Part shown: positions 11,058-21,067 of the stretch, piece after piece
Position numbering within the stretch: the stretch's first letter is position 1
How the letters are laid out: every line of letters begins with the position of its first letter
NCBI GenBank assembly: GCA_900128395.1
Contig: LT649303.1
Location: 1-41,213, forward strand
Source of the DNA: Stramenopiles sp. TOSAG23-2
Taxonomy: Eukaryota
DNA length: 41,213 nucleotides
Direction of reading: 5' to 3'
Translations under genes and position numbers: made by a program
The notes under the pieces: generated by a model
Database searches by the model: none
The model's input: only the letters and a program-made list of their open reading frames with translations
Told to the model about the DNA's origin: nothing

Positions 11058-12368
11058 ATGGGAGATATTATTAATATGGAAGAATGCCCAATACCAAAGA
11101 CACCACAACAAGTTTCTATCGATAGAGGTGGTGTGAAACGACCAAATCGTATGAGTTTATTGATTGCAGGGAAAAGTAATTTATTCAATACAGGAGATTC
11201 CGATTTTAATTTTGTATCTACTCCAGAACACATGAGAAACAAAAATGGAAATGAAAGTCCTGCACAAGTTAATCCTATAGATCTTGTACATCAAATATCA
11301 GATTTACAAAAAGCTTTACGTACAGTAACAAACGAATTAGATTATACAAAGAAACTTTTAGCAGTTGAAAGTAAAAAGAGGCGTGAGCTTGAAAGTACAT
11401 CTTCACCTACATCAATATCAGAACCATTTATAAATTTTAATAACAAAGGCTCTAACTATACAAACAGCCAACAAGAAATAGGTATTAAAATATTAAATGG
11501 TGTAAGTAAAATGGCTACCGGTATTAATGAATTACAAGAATCTATTAAATTAAGTTTAAGTATGTCATTTACGGAGGAAGAAGAAGATATTCATAATGAT
11601 AATACGAATAAAAAGAAAAACAATAAAGGGAAAAAAAAAGGTAATGGAAATAATATAAATGGTAATAATAATAATAGTAATAATAATAGTAACGATGCGA
11701 TAAATGGTAGTCAACAATCTGCAAATACTACCAGATCAACATATCCTGCTGAAAATGATGTTAAAAATCAAATCAATTCATTTCAAAAATCATTGAAAAA
11801 TCCAACTGGTACGCCTTCTAGTCGAAAAAGTTCATATTCGTTACATCCGGATGTATTCTGCGGACATGGCACACCAGCATGGTGTACGACGCTGCAAATT
11901 GGTGATAAGTTAGATGCAAGGGATTCAAATAGGAAATGGTATAAATCTGTTATTGTAGATAAAAAGTATGAAGGATCAACCTGTAAAATTAAAATTCATT
12001 TCATTGGATGGAATGAAGATTGGGATTTATGGATGGATACAACGTTAGATATTGCAAATCTAGCACCATCCGGTATCCATACAGAAGAAGAACATGATGT
12101 GGTGAAAAAGGATCATGTAGAAGAATCATCGAAAGAAGAAGAAACGGTAGAAGTTATGTTAAATTCAGGAGCATCCTCAAAACAGGAAGAAAATGATGAC
12201 GATGATAATGATGATGGCAATACAAGTAGTAAATTACAATCCCACCAGGATGATGATGACCGTCATCAAAGTCATTCACCAGGCGGTATGGAAATATCTT
12301 TAAGTCCTGTAATTATAGCAAGAACACCATCCAATAATTATCGTAGTACATCCATTACATATGTTTAA
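11058..12368 (+). CDS. Protein with a coiled coil and a Royal-family (Tudor-knot/MBT/chromo-barrel-like) domain; function unknown
   Basis: LQIGDKLDARDSNRKWYKSVIVD...IKIHFIGWNEDWDLW matches the PHF20/MBT-like aromatic-cage pattern. First ATG is at 11058. Confidence 0.75.
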   Translation: MGDIINMEECPIPKTPQQVSIDRGGVKRPNRMSLLIAGKSNLFNTGDSDFNFVSTPEHMRNKNGNESPAQVNPIDLVHQISDLQKALRTVTNELDYTKKLLAVESKKRRELESTSSPTSISEPFINFNNKGSNYTNSQQEIGIKILNGVSKMATGINELQESIKLSLSMSFTEEEEDIHNDNTNKKKNNKGKKKGNGNNINGNNNNSNNNSNDAINGSQQSANTTRSTYPAENDVKNQINSFQKSLKNPTGTPSSRKSSYSLHPDVFCGHGTPAWCTTLQIGDKLDARDSNRKWYKSVIVDKKYEGSTCKIKIHFIGWNEDWDLWMDTTLDIANLAPSGIHTEEEHDVVKKDHVEESSKEEETVEVMLNSGASSKQEENDDDDNDDGNTSSKLQSHQDDDDRHQSHSPGGMEISLSPVIIARTPSNNYRSTSITYV

Positions 12369-12795
12369 ATGTACGCACACATAACACATACGTGAGATTA
12401 TATTATAATTTAAATATTAAAGATAGAATACTTCGTGCAATGAAGTATAATATGATATATATTCCTGTTTTTTAGCATATATTAAAAAAATGTTGTGTAC
12501 GAAAATTATAGCGTAAACTAAAACTTAATTTTTTATATATGATATATGTGTTTTTCTCTTACTCATATGATATATATATGTGTTTTTCTCTTACTCCTAT
12601 GTTATATAAAATTCTTTTACTCCCGTTTATTAACATCTCAAATCAAAAATGATTTATAAATTTTAGATATATATTAATATATATACATATTACTTTTTAA
12701 ACAATAAATTATGCGTAAATATTATAACTTAGATTTTAACCATCATATATTTACACTTTAAAATATACTATATATACGAGTATTATCACATATAT

Positions 12796-14523
12796 TTAAT
12801 CACTATCACTATCTGAAAATGTTTTTTTCGTGGCAGTTAACCCAATTAAATCTTCCTTTGGACCGAACCTTCCATACGTTTTATGTTCCTTTCGTTTTAC
12901 TGTACTACCAAATTTCAACAATGCATCTGGTATAGGTTGCTTTGCTTCTCTTAATACATTTTGCAATTCACCACTCCTTGCTTTATCAAAGTTGGTAAAA
13001 AAAGTATGGGAAATACCATATTTACCAGCACGACCAGTACGTCCAATTCTGTGTATGTAATCCTCAATTGTCAATGGGAACGATACATTTATAACGCATT
13101 CAACATTTGGTATATCAAGTCCACGTGCAGCCACATCAGTTGCAATTAAAAGTGGAATTTTACCATCTTTAAATGATTTCAACGCACTTGTTCTTGCCTC
13201 TTGTGTTTTGTTTCCATGAATAGCAATACAATTCCATCCATTTCTAGATAACATAGATTCCAACCGTTCTGCCTCTTTTTTGTACAATGCAAAGCATAAC
13301 ACACGATTTTTTCGTGATTTATGATATTTTTGTAACAGTTGCAACAATCGCTTTTCCTTTGCTCTTGGCTCAATGACTTCAACAGTTTGTGAAACACGTA
13401 CGTTAGCAGTCAAATCTTTGCTGCCAATATATACATTTACTGGATTCATCATGAATTCTGATGCTAATTTACGAATGGATTCCGGCCATGTAGCACTAAA
13501 TAATGATGTTTGTCGTTGTTTATTGCATAATCCAATTAATCGTCTCATATCTCTTTCAAACCCTTGATCAAGCATTCTATCTGCTTCATCCAAAATCAAT
13601 TGGGATACATTGGATAAATCCAATGCATCTGTATTTTCTGCTAAATCTAACAAACGTCCAGGTGTGCCAATAACGACAGCAACGCCATTATTCAATGCAC
13701 GGAATTGATCACGTTTTGGTACACCACCATATATACAAACATTTTTTAATGGCATTTCATCTGCAACAACATTTGTTTGCATAGCTAATTCTCGTGTTGG
13801 TGCAACGACTAAAATTCTTGGTTTGTTTAAATCTTTGATATTGTTATCATTTAAAATTTTCCATACTGCTGGCAATAAAAAACCAAGTGTTTTCCCAGAA
13901 CCCGTCTCTGCAATACCAACAATATCACGCCCAGCTGATAATATTGGCCAACATTGTGCTTGTATTGGTGTTGGTGCCGTGAATCCTTTACATACTGTTA
14001 ATATGTTTGCACCAAATGCATTTTCTGCATTTATTAACGATTGCCATGGATAAAATTTTTCATCTTGATGACCATTACCTTCTAAAGTAAGTTCAAATTT
14101 TTCACGATATACTTTTGTATCTAAAGTTTTTACATCTGGAAAACCATTTGGAGAATTGCCATTTGATACTACTACTGCTGCTGTAGTATTATTGTTGTTG
14201 TTGTTGTTGTTGTTATTATCATCATCATTACCACTACTATTTTTCTTTTTTTTCAATATAAATTTACCTTCTATTTCAAAGGATGATAATTTTTGTACTT
14301 CAGCTAAACATATTTTTTTCGCTTCATCCTTTGATACGGATGGATTTTCTTTTCTATATGCTCTAACGAGTTCTTTTCGTATAGGTTTAAATTTCAACTT
14401 GTTTGTATCATTTTTTTTAAATATACTTTTAATTTGTTTTTTCCAAAATTTCGATGCTTTTTTTGCTTTTTTTGGTGATGAATTTCCGTTGGTGGCATCA
14501 TTTGTACGATCACGTTTTCCCAT
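12796..14523 (-). CDS. DBP3: DEAD-box RNA helicase Dbp3/RH5 (60S ribosome biogenesis)
   Basis: Q motif PTPIQAQCWP, AETGSGKT, PTRELA, DEAD, SAT and HRIGRTGR. Dbp3-type C-terminus LLKFGSTVKRKEHKTYG...KKTFSDSD. Confidence 0.9.
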   Translation of the reverse strand: MGKRDRTNDATNGNSSPKKAKKASKFWKKQIKSIFKKNDTNKLKFKPIRKELVRAYRKENPSVSKDEAKKICLAEVQKLSSFEIEGKFILKKKKNSSGNDDDNNNNNNNNNNTTAAVVVSNGNSPNGFPDVKTLDTKVYREKFELTLEGNGHQDEKFYPWQSLINAENAFGANILTVCKGFTAPTPIQAQCWPILSAGRDIVGIAETGSGKTLGFLLPAVWKILNDNNIKDLNKPRILVVAPTRELAMQTNVVADEMPLKNVCIYGGVPKRDQFRALNNGVAVVIGTPGRLLDLAENTDALDLSNVSQLILDEADRMLDQGFERDMRRLIGLCNKQRQTSLFSATWPESIRKLASEFMMNPVNVYIGSKDLTANVRVSQTVEVIEPRAKEKRLLQLLQKYHKSRKNRVLCFALYKKEAERLESMLSRNGWNCIAIHGNKTQEARTSALKSFKDGKIPLLIATDVAARGLDIPNVECVINVSFPLTIEDYIHRIGRTGRAGKYGISHTFFTNFDKARSGELQNVLREAKQPIPDALLKFGSTVKRKEHKTYGRFGPKEDLIGLTATKKTFSDSDSD

Positions 14524-15047
14524 TATTGTTTCTTTACTAATTATAATAATAATAATTTCTTAATAATAATATTTTCTTGTACTAATAATGTTTATCTAAT
14601 TGATTAACTTAATCTTTACTATCTGTTTTTTTTTTTTGTCCATGCCGCGCACATGACACGGACGAGCAATATACTTCTGTATTTCTATAAAAATTGCACG
14701 AGAGAGAGAGAGTTGGAGTTATTTATGGTGTGATCAAAAGAGTGTTTGAATGTAAATTATAATGGATTATATGTGTAATAATTTATATACACTAACAATA
14801 GAATAGTATATGTAATAATATCATACCAACACTGTTATTGTAATATCAATTTATCGGATATTTGATATATAAATGGAATAAACAAGAACATATCAATGAA
14901 CAAAATCATCCAGAATGTTTTACCTGTTTTATCTTCCTCGTTCCATTAGAGCCAATGAATCCAAATTACCTGCTATGCCCATATTAATATTGAAGCTATT
15001 GACAGAACCCTATTTCTAACTATATCTGGAAAAGACTTGGTGCTATT

Positions 15048-15139
15048 GTAGTGCTAATATAAGCGCTCAGAATTCCTGATTATGGGCTGTAGCTAGGGAA
15101 GACGAGGCGTTTAGTGAAGGGATCGAGTAGTGCTAATAT
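15048..15139. mobile_element. Short (about 66 bp) GC-richer insert flanked by a direct repeat gtagtgctaatat; related copy at 41016-41071
   Basis: Direct repeat at 15048-15060 and 15127-15139. Shared blocks gcgctca, tatgggctgtagc, agggaaga, gaaggga and tcgagtag with 41016-41071. Confidence 0.5.
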
Positions 15140-15188
15140 CGGATATTTATATTGACACAAATCTATTATAGTTTTGTAATTTCGGTCA

Positions 15189-15256
15189 ACTGGCAATAGC
15201 TTTTTGCACAAAATATGGTATTTCAGTGCTGTGTAATGCTAATAGCTATTGCCAGT
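15189..15256. repeat. Perfect 13-bp inverted repeat (ACTGGCAATAGCT / AGCTATTGCCAGT) with a 42-bp spacer
   Basis: Arms at 15189-15201 and 15244-15256; further pairing possible inside (ttgcaca / tgtgtaa). Confidence 0.8.
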
Positions 15257-15995
15257 AATGAAAATTTGTCTGGGTGCTGTATACCTTCTAAATGCTATAC
15301 AAAACTGTGAGCACTTTTAACACTATACACTATGGGAAAAATATTCCATCAAGATGATCCATTCATATCCACAAAATAATGAATAAACAGGCTAATATTA
15401 GCACCTTATACACATGGGAAAAATTTCTGAAAAAATATATTAAGTATATATAATTGTATACTAAGATTCCTATTTTATTTGCTAAAACTATTAGTATACA
15501 AATATATATACTTAATATATTTTTAAAAAAAAGAATGAACGATTTTTGCAGTTTTTCCCTTGTTGAACAAAACTTGGAAACCATTTTTTATATCAAGAAA
15601 TTAATAGGCATGCAATTTAATATACTAATTAAATTCACTAAATAACATATAAATACAAGGTACAACCCAATATTTAGTTTATACTTAGAAACATTGACTT
15701 CAAGATTATTAGTCTAAAACGTTCTGAAATTCTATATTCTATTATTGTTGTGTTAGAATATATATAAATAGATTCTATTTATCAAGGAAGAGGAAGATAT
15801 AAATGATCAACAGAAACAACAAAACATTGCAACAACAATATATAACCATCATTACGAACATTATTATATAACAAATAACGGGCACGTGGGTTTTTAATAT
15901 AATATATACATATATATATAAAACGACTTAGCTCAAAAAAAACAAAAAATATAAAAAATACAAAAATTATATAGATTTATTATTATTATTTAAAT

Positions 15996-16564
15996 ATGTC
16001 AGATCAAGTGAACAAAAAAGCATATCCATTAGCTGAATCTAAATTAAGTGCAACCATACTTGAATTAGTACAACAAGCATCCAACTACAAGCAATTGAAA
16101 AAAGGTGCAAATGAAGCAACAAAAACTTTGAATCGTGGAATTAGTGAATTCATCGTTATGGCTGCAGATACTGAACCATTGGAAATTGTTTTACATTTAA
16201 AAAAGCATATCCATTAGCTGAATCTAAATTAAGTGCAACCATACTTGAATTAGTACAACAAGCATCCAACTACAAGCAATTGAAAAAAGGTGCAAATGAA
16301 GCAACAAAAACTTTGAATCGTGGAATTAGTGAATTCATCGTTATGGCTGCAGATACTGAACCATTGGAAATTGTTTTACATTTACCATTATTATGTGAAG
16401 ATAAAAATGTACCATATGTATTTGTACCATCAAAAGTTGCATTAGGAAGAGCATGTGGTGTTTCACGTTCTGTTGTAGCTTGTTCGGTTACTACCAATGA
16501 CCAATCACAACTTGCAGATCAAATCAAAAAGTTGAAATTGAAAATTGAACAATTATTAATTTAA
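15996..16564 (+). CDS. SNU13: SNU13/NHP2L1 (15.5K) K-turn-binding protein of box C/D snoRNP and U4/U6; 127 aa after collapsing the 185-bp duplication
   Basis: [52 protein letters not shown] and LGRACGVSR. Confidence 0.95.
16014..16383. repeat. Exact tandem duplication, 185-bp unit, frameshifting SNU13
   Basis: aaaaaagcatatccattagc at 16014 and 16199. Confidence 0.95.
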
Positions 16565-16628
16565 GAAGTTTTGTAATCATATCCGTAGTAAAATGCCAAA
16601 ACATATAGGATGTATTTAGACGACTATT

Positions 16629-16930
16629 TATCAGTAAAATATTTTCTATTTTACATCTGTAAATACTTGAAAAAAAAACGCCACACAGAACATACTTCGT
16701 AGATGAGAGAGATATGAGAGAACATACATGTGTATATATATATACATGTGTTATTGTATATGATATTTTTTAATATATATATCAGTAAAATATTTTCTAT
16801 TTTACATCTGTAAATACTTGAAAAAAAAACGCCACACAGAACATACTTCGTAGATGAGAGAGATATGAGAGAACATACATGTGTATATATATATACATGT
16901 GTTATTGTATATGATATTTTTTAATATATA
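16629..16930. repeat. Exact tandem duplication, 151-bp unit, intergenic
   Basis: tatcagtaaaatattttc at 16629 and 16780. Confidence 0.95.
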
Positions 16931-16969
16931 ATATATATATATATATATATAATATTTTGTACGAATATG

Positions 16970-16974
<5 letters not shown>

Positions 16975-17006
<32 letters not shown>
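16975..17006. repeat. (AC)n microsatellite
   Basis: Uninterrupted acacac run. Confidence 0.9.
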
Positions 17007-17008
<2 letters not shown>

Positions 17009-17314
17009 CTTTCGCATTACAAACGTCTCAGTACATTACATGGCGACATTTTTTCGCACCACAAAAGCATGGATGTGTTTTTCCTTTCACTTGTCCTTTT
17101 GTATATCCATAATCCCATGTTAATTCTTCACCTTTTTTTATACTTGATGATGCAAAAAACACTCCTTTCGCATTACAAACGTCTCAGTACATTACATGGC
17201 GACATTTTTTCGCACCACAAAAGCATGGATGTGTTTTTCCTTTCACTTGTCCTTTTGTATATCCATAATCCCATGTTAATTCTTCACCTTTTTTTATACT
17301 TGATGATGCAAAAA
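17003..17314. repeat. Exact tandem duplication, 156-bp unit, covering the SET gene 3' end
   Basis: acactcctttcgcattac at 17003 and 17159. Confidence 0.95.
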
Positions 17315-20303
17315 AAGCAAGACGAGGCAATCGAAAATCATGTGAATCAACATATACACTTTGCTTCTCTAAATTTGGCTCACAGCTATGATTGATGAAC
17401 CGCGCCACATTACCATACCATTTTGCATCTATACAAATCATATCTTGATCGTCATTTGCATCTACTTCGTCTACTTTAATATCATAATTGGTTGATAAAC
17501 CATTATTATCAGGTCCCTTTTGTTTATTAAATACTCTTCGCCATAAACGAGAACCAGCTCCACTGACAGCTCTAAAAGTTGGAGTAACAGCAGCTGTAGT
17601 AGTGGTCGTCGTCGTTGTTGTTGATGTTGTTGTTATTGATGCAGATGAAGGGGAGAAAGAGGAAGAAGAAGACGATCCATTGCTGTTCTTATTCTTCTTC
17701 CCATCAGCTTGATCCTTTTTCTCTTTCGCTTGTTCATTTTTCATTAAAACCCAAGCCGTATCAAGACTTAATAAATATTCATCCCCTAAACGAGGATCTG
17801 CACGCCGTTCCGCTTCTTGTTCTGAAATCAATTCACCCATGTATTCACAAACAAAAGTACCAGCAGGAATGTCTACTAATGTTTTTACACCCCAACCACA
17901 TTGTTTAGTTTTAAATACTTCTAAAGGGACCGTCATACCTCTACCAACAACACGATTTTTACATCTATTTTGATGGCATTTACATCGATAATTACATTCA
18001 TATATGACATCTCTTTGACGCAAAAGTTCACGGCGACGATTATATGCAAAACTACCATCGTTTGCTTTTGCACATTCGCATTTTTCTGGATCTCGACAAT
18101 CATCTTCACAGCTGCAACAATTTATAATTTGATCTGGTCGACAGATTGTACTTAAATGTAAATTTTCTTCTCCTACTACACTTTTGGTGACATATGAAAA
18201 TGGTGGCGGCAAATCTTTCTTTTTATAAGGATTTATTGCATGTATAGGCATGCTTTCAGTCCCATTTGACACATCCTCGACTACAATTTGCTGTGCAAGC
18301 AAACGTTTAGATATCTTTGGATAATAATGTTCCACGGGAAATTCATCATAAATATTTAATTCATTTTTCTTAATAGAATCTTTGCTTATATTTAAATACT
18401 TCATCGTTAATTTCGCACTTTTCTGTAAAGGCTTGATTTTAGTATCATCACATAAGAAACAAGACCAATCTTCTACATCATTGATCCTTTCAACTTCCTT
18501 TGGACCAAAATTTCTATGTATACAAGTTTGGCAAAAAACACGTGTGCAATGATCACATCCCATCACACTTCCACCATCACCGCACCAACGACAAAATTGT
18601 TCCGACCCTGTTTCAGGATTAATATTAAAATTACCACGTTTATATACGTGTGTACATTTATGGCAAATAATTATATTTAGCCGTGGATGTAACAATACGT
18701 GTGATTTTGATTTTAACATTTCACCACAAGCGGTGCAATGAACAATACACGAGTTCCAATGCTCATCAAAGATGTCATCACCATTATCATTTGCATGTGC
18801 ATCAAAAACCGTTTTCCATGCTGGCATTTTAAAATCCGAATCCCGGAATCCAAGACCAAGTCTCCCAGTATCTATTAAACGAAAATTATACGGGCGTTCA
18901 CGAGTTAATTTAGTTTTTGTATATTCTAAGACATTATTTTCCTCGTTTGATGATGAACCTTTCTTTTTTTTCTTTTTCTTTTGCCTATGTACAACTTTTT
19001 CCTCAATTTCAACATTGTACATTCCACCTTTTTGCTTACCTTCAGTTAATAAATATCCTTTTTTACCTATCCGTTTACCAAATGTAACTTCTATTGGTAT
19101 TCTCGCTGGAATAACAATATTCGTAGTAAATACTTTCACCATACATTGTAAAAAGATTTCTATCGAATTATTGCATATAATGATTTTAATTAATACATTA
19201 ATTGTTTCATCTACGATTACCTCTATATTGTTACTTTTTTGTTTGTCATCTTCAGTATCAATATCCATCATCATCATCATTGTACTAGAATTTGTACTTT
19301 CTTTTTCGTGATTTCCAATAAATGCATTACGAAGCATGTCTATACCATTTTTTTTCTTTTTTTGCATTAAACGACTTTTCTTTATACCTAATAAGATATT
19401 TTCAACATAATTTACAACATCATATATTTCCTTTTTCGACATATCAAATAATGTATTGAATTTTAAAATAATTTTCATATAATTTTCATCGTCATTCACA
19501 TAGGTATCTTTTAATAGTTTTATCAATTGAATCAATAAAGAATTCTCCATGGTTTTCAAAGCATAAGTCTCTTTTTTAATTTTTTTATTTATTTGCTTAT
19601 TTTTCTTATAATTGTATTCTTCTAAAATAGATTTAATACCAGCAATAAATGAACTAAAGTTACTAACACCATAGTTTTTTCTTAAATATTTTGTCAATGC
19701 ACCACAAAAACCATATGGTGAATTTTTAGGAAAGTCATACCCATCATATAATTCATAAATGGGAGTTGGTGTTGGCAATATAGAATTATCTTTTTTCTCG
19801 TTGCTGCTATCTGACTGTGATGGTGAATTTTTAGGAAAGTCATACCCATCATATAATTCATAAATGGGAGTTGGTGTTGGCAATATAGAATTATCTTTTT
19901 TCTCGTTGCTGCTATCTGACTGTGATATAACAGTTTGGATTTCATTATTATCATTATCATTCATATTTGACGTAACATTCATATTGTTGTCGTCGTCGTT
20001 GTTGTTATAATTATTATTTATCATTGTATCATTTTCTAATAAAGATATTATTGTAGGTGATTCATTATTTTTGCCTTTGTCAGAGGTGCCATTTGTAACT
20101 TTTTTTTTGTTAAAAGTTGAATTTTTTATTTCAACAGACTCAATATGACCATCATCCTCATCCACCAGATTTATTATATCATTTTGATCATGTAAGTCGA
20201 CCCCTAGTTTTCTTTTCTTCTTCTTCTTATTGGATGAAGACGTATTAATGTTACTAGCATTTCTTTTTTTCGCCTTTAATGCTTTATTATAATTATACAT
20301 CAT
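17184..20303 (-). CDS. SUV39/SETDB1-like histone H3K9 methyltransferase with an N-terminal ATRX-type ADD zinc finger, pre-SET, split SET and post-SET
   Basis: ADD: CTACG...HPRLNIIICHKC...FCRWCGDGGSVMGCDHCTRVFCQTCIHRNFG...WSCFLCD. Pre-SET: EDVSNGTE...CSCEDDC...IYECNYRCKC. SET: GWGV, FVCEYMGE, RFINHSCEPN, ELTWDYG. Post-SET: CFCGAKKCR. Confidence 0.88.
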   Translation of the reverse strand: MMYNYNKALKAKKRNASNINTSSSNKKKKKRKLGVDLHDQNDIINLVDEDDGHIESVEIKNSTFNKKKVTNGTSDKGKNNESPTIISLLENDTMINNNYNNNDDDNNMNVTSNMNDNDNNEIQTVISQSDSSNEKKDNSILPTPTPIYELYDGYDFPKNSPSQSDSSNEKKDNSILPTPTPIYELYDGYDFPKNSPYGFCGALTKYLRKNYGVSNFSSFIAGIKSILEEYNYKKNKQINKKIKKETYALKTMENSLLIQLIKLLKDTYVNDDENYMKIILKFNTLFDMSKKEIYDVVNYVENILLGIKKSRLMQKKKKNGIDMLRNAFIGNHEKESTNSSTMMMMMDIDTEDDKQKSNNIEVIVDETINVLIKIIICNNSIEIFLQCMVKVFTTNIVIPARIPIEVTFGKRIGKKGYLLTEGKQKGGMYNVEIEEKVVHRQKKKKKKKGSSSNEENNVLEYTKTKLTRERPYNFRLIDTGRLGLGFRDSDFKMPAWKTVFDAHANDNGDDIFDEHWNSCIVHCTACGEMLKSKSHVLLHPRLNIIICHKCTHVYKRGNFNINPETGSEQFCRWCGDGGSVMGCDHCTRVFCQTCIHRNFGPKEVERINDVEDWSCFLCDDTKIKPLQKSAKLTMKYLNISKDSIKKNELNIYDEFPVEHYYPKISKRLLAQQIVVEDVSNGTESMPIHAINPYKKKDLPPPFSYVTKSVVGEENLHLSTICRPDQIINCCSCEDDCRDPEKCECAKANDGSFAYNRRRELLRQRDVIYECNYRCKCHQNRCKNRVVGRGMTVPLEVFKTKQCGWGVKTLVDIPAGTFVCEYMGELISEQEAERRADPRLGDEYLLSLDTAWVLMKNEQAKEKKDQADGKKNKNSNGSSSSSSFSPSSASITTTSTTTTTTTTTAAVTPTFRAVSGAGSRLWRRVFNKQKGPDNNGLSTNYDIKVDEVDANDDQDMICIDAKWYGNVARFINHSCEPNLEKQSVYVDSHDFRLPRLAFFASSSIKKGEELTWDYGYTKGQVKGKTHPCFCGAKKCRHVMY
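19715..19924. repeat. Exact in-frame tandem duplication, 105-bp unit (35 aa)
   Basis: atggtgaatttttaggaaag at 19715 and 19820. Confidence 0.95.
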
Positions 20304-21067
20304 TTTTTGAAACTAATTTTGTGAAGATAATTCAAAATTTGAATGGAAGAAAGGAAAGGATACACCTGAAGGATTTGGTCAATGATTTTGAAAAATATTG
20401 AGTTTGATCGTATTATAAGACAAATTGCATTGGTTGGTCTTGGTTATTGTGGATTAGTGTAGTTTTCAGATTTACAATTAGATTTGCACATTTAATTAAT
20501 TTGTCATGTGTTATTTTTCTATTTTATTTTTTTTATTTTGTTTCGTGCGTGCGCGTGCCAGGTTAAGGTTTTGTTGTGTGTGGAAAAAAAAAATAAGGTT
20601 TTGTTTTATTATACCGACAGCCTTTTTTTTTTATGAAGCTTATTATACACCACTCTACATACAAAAAGTAGGAGAGGATCCGCTCTATAATACAAAGTTG
20701 TATTAAATACTGTATTTACACAAAATAATTTAATGTTCAAAAACTTCTTTTGTGAAAGTTGGAAGTAAAGCTTTTAAGACACTAAAAGCCAATAATCAAT
20801 TTACAGAGTATACGAAACGCGTATTTTAATATTTTACCCCCAGAGATAAAATGAGAATTATGCATTTTATCAAAAATAAAAATATTTTTTATTAAAAAAT
20901 AGACTCTTAATTATCATATGAAGCATCATACCTATGATAGTATTTTTACGATTCGTATCATATCATATACATATATATGTACGAGTAATACGTCAATATA
21001 TATAGCCATATACACAAACATTTTTACAAGACAATATATTTTCCCTTTTCTAATCTGTGCAGTAAAA

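Noticed and set aside
12537-12596. About 30-bp tandem duplication as a regulatory repeat
   Set aside because: Looks like ordinary slippage next to a (ta)n tract; it is a different class from the 99+ bp duplications and nothing indicates function.
14524-15995. snoRNA or snRNA next to SNU13
   Set aside because: No RTGATGA...CTGA box pair or recognisable U1/U2/U4/U5/U6 sequence was seen on either strand.
871-16383. Frameshifting duplications as new introns formed by tandem duplication
   Set aside because: This needs an AG|GT proto-splice site in the unit. The TMEM64 unit has no AGGT on the sense strand, many duplications are intergenic, and the size floor points to assembly.
5608-16564. UBE2J1 and SNU13 as pseudogenes or tandem paralogues
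   Set aside because: Collapsing the exact duplications restores intact full-length frames with no other lesions.
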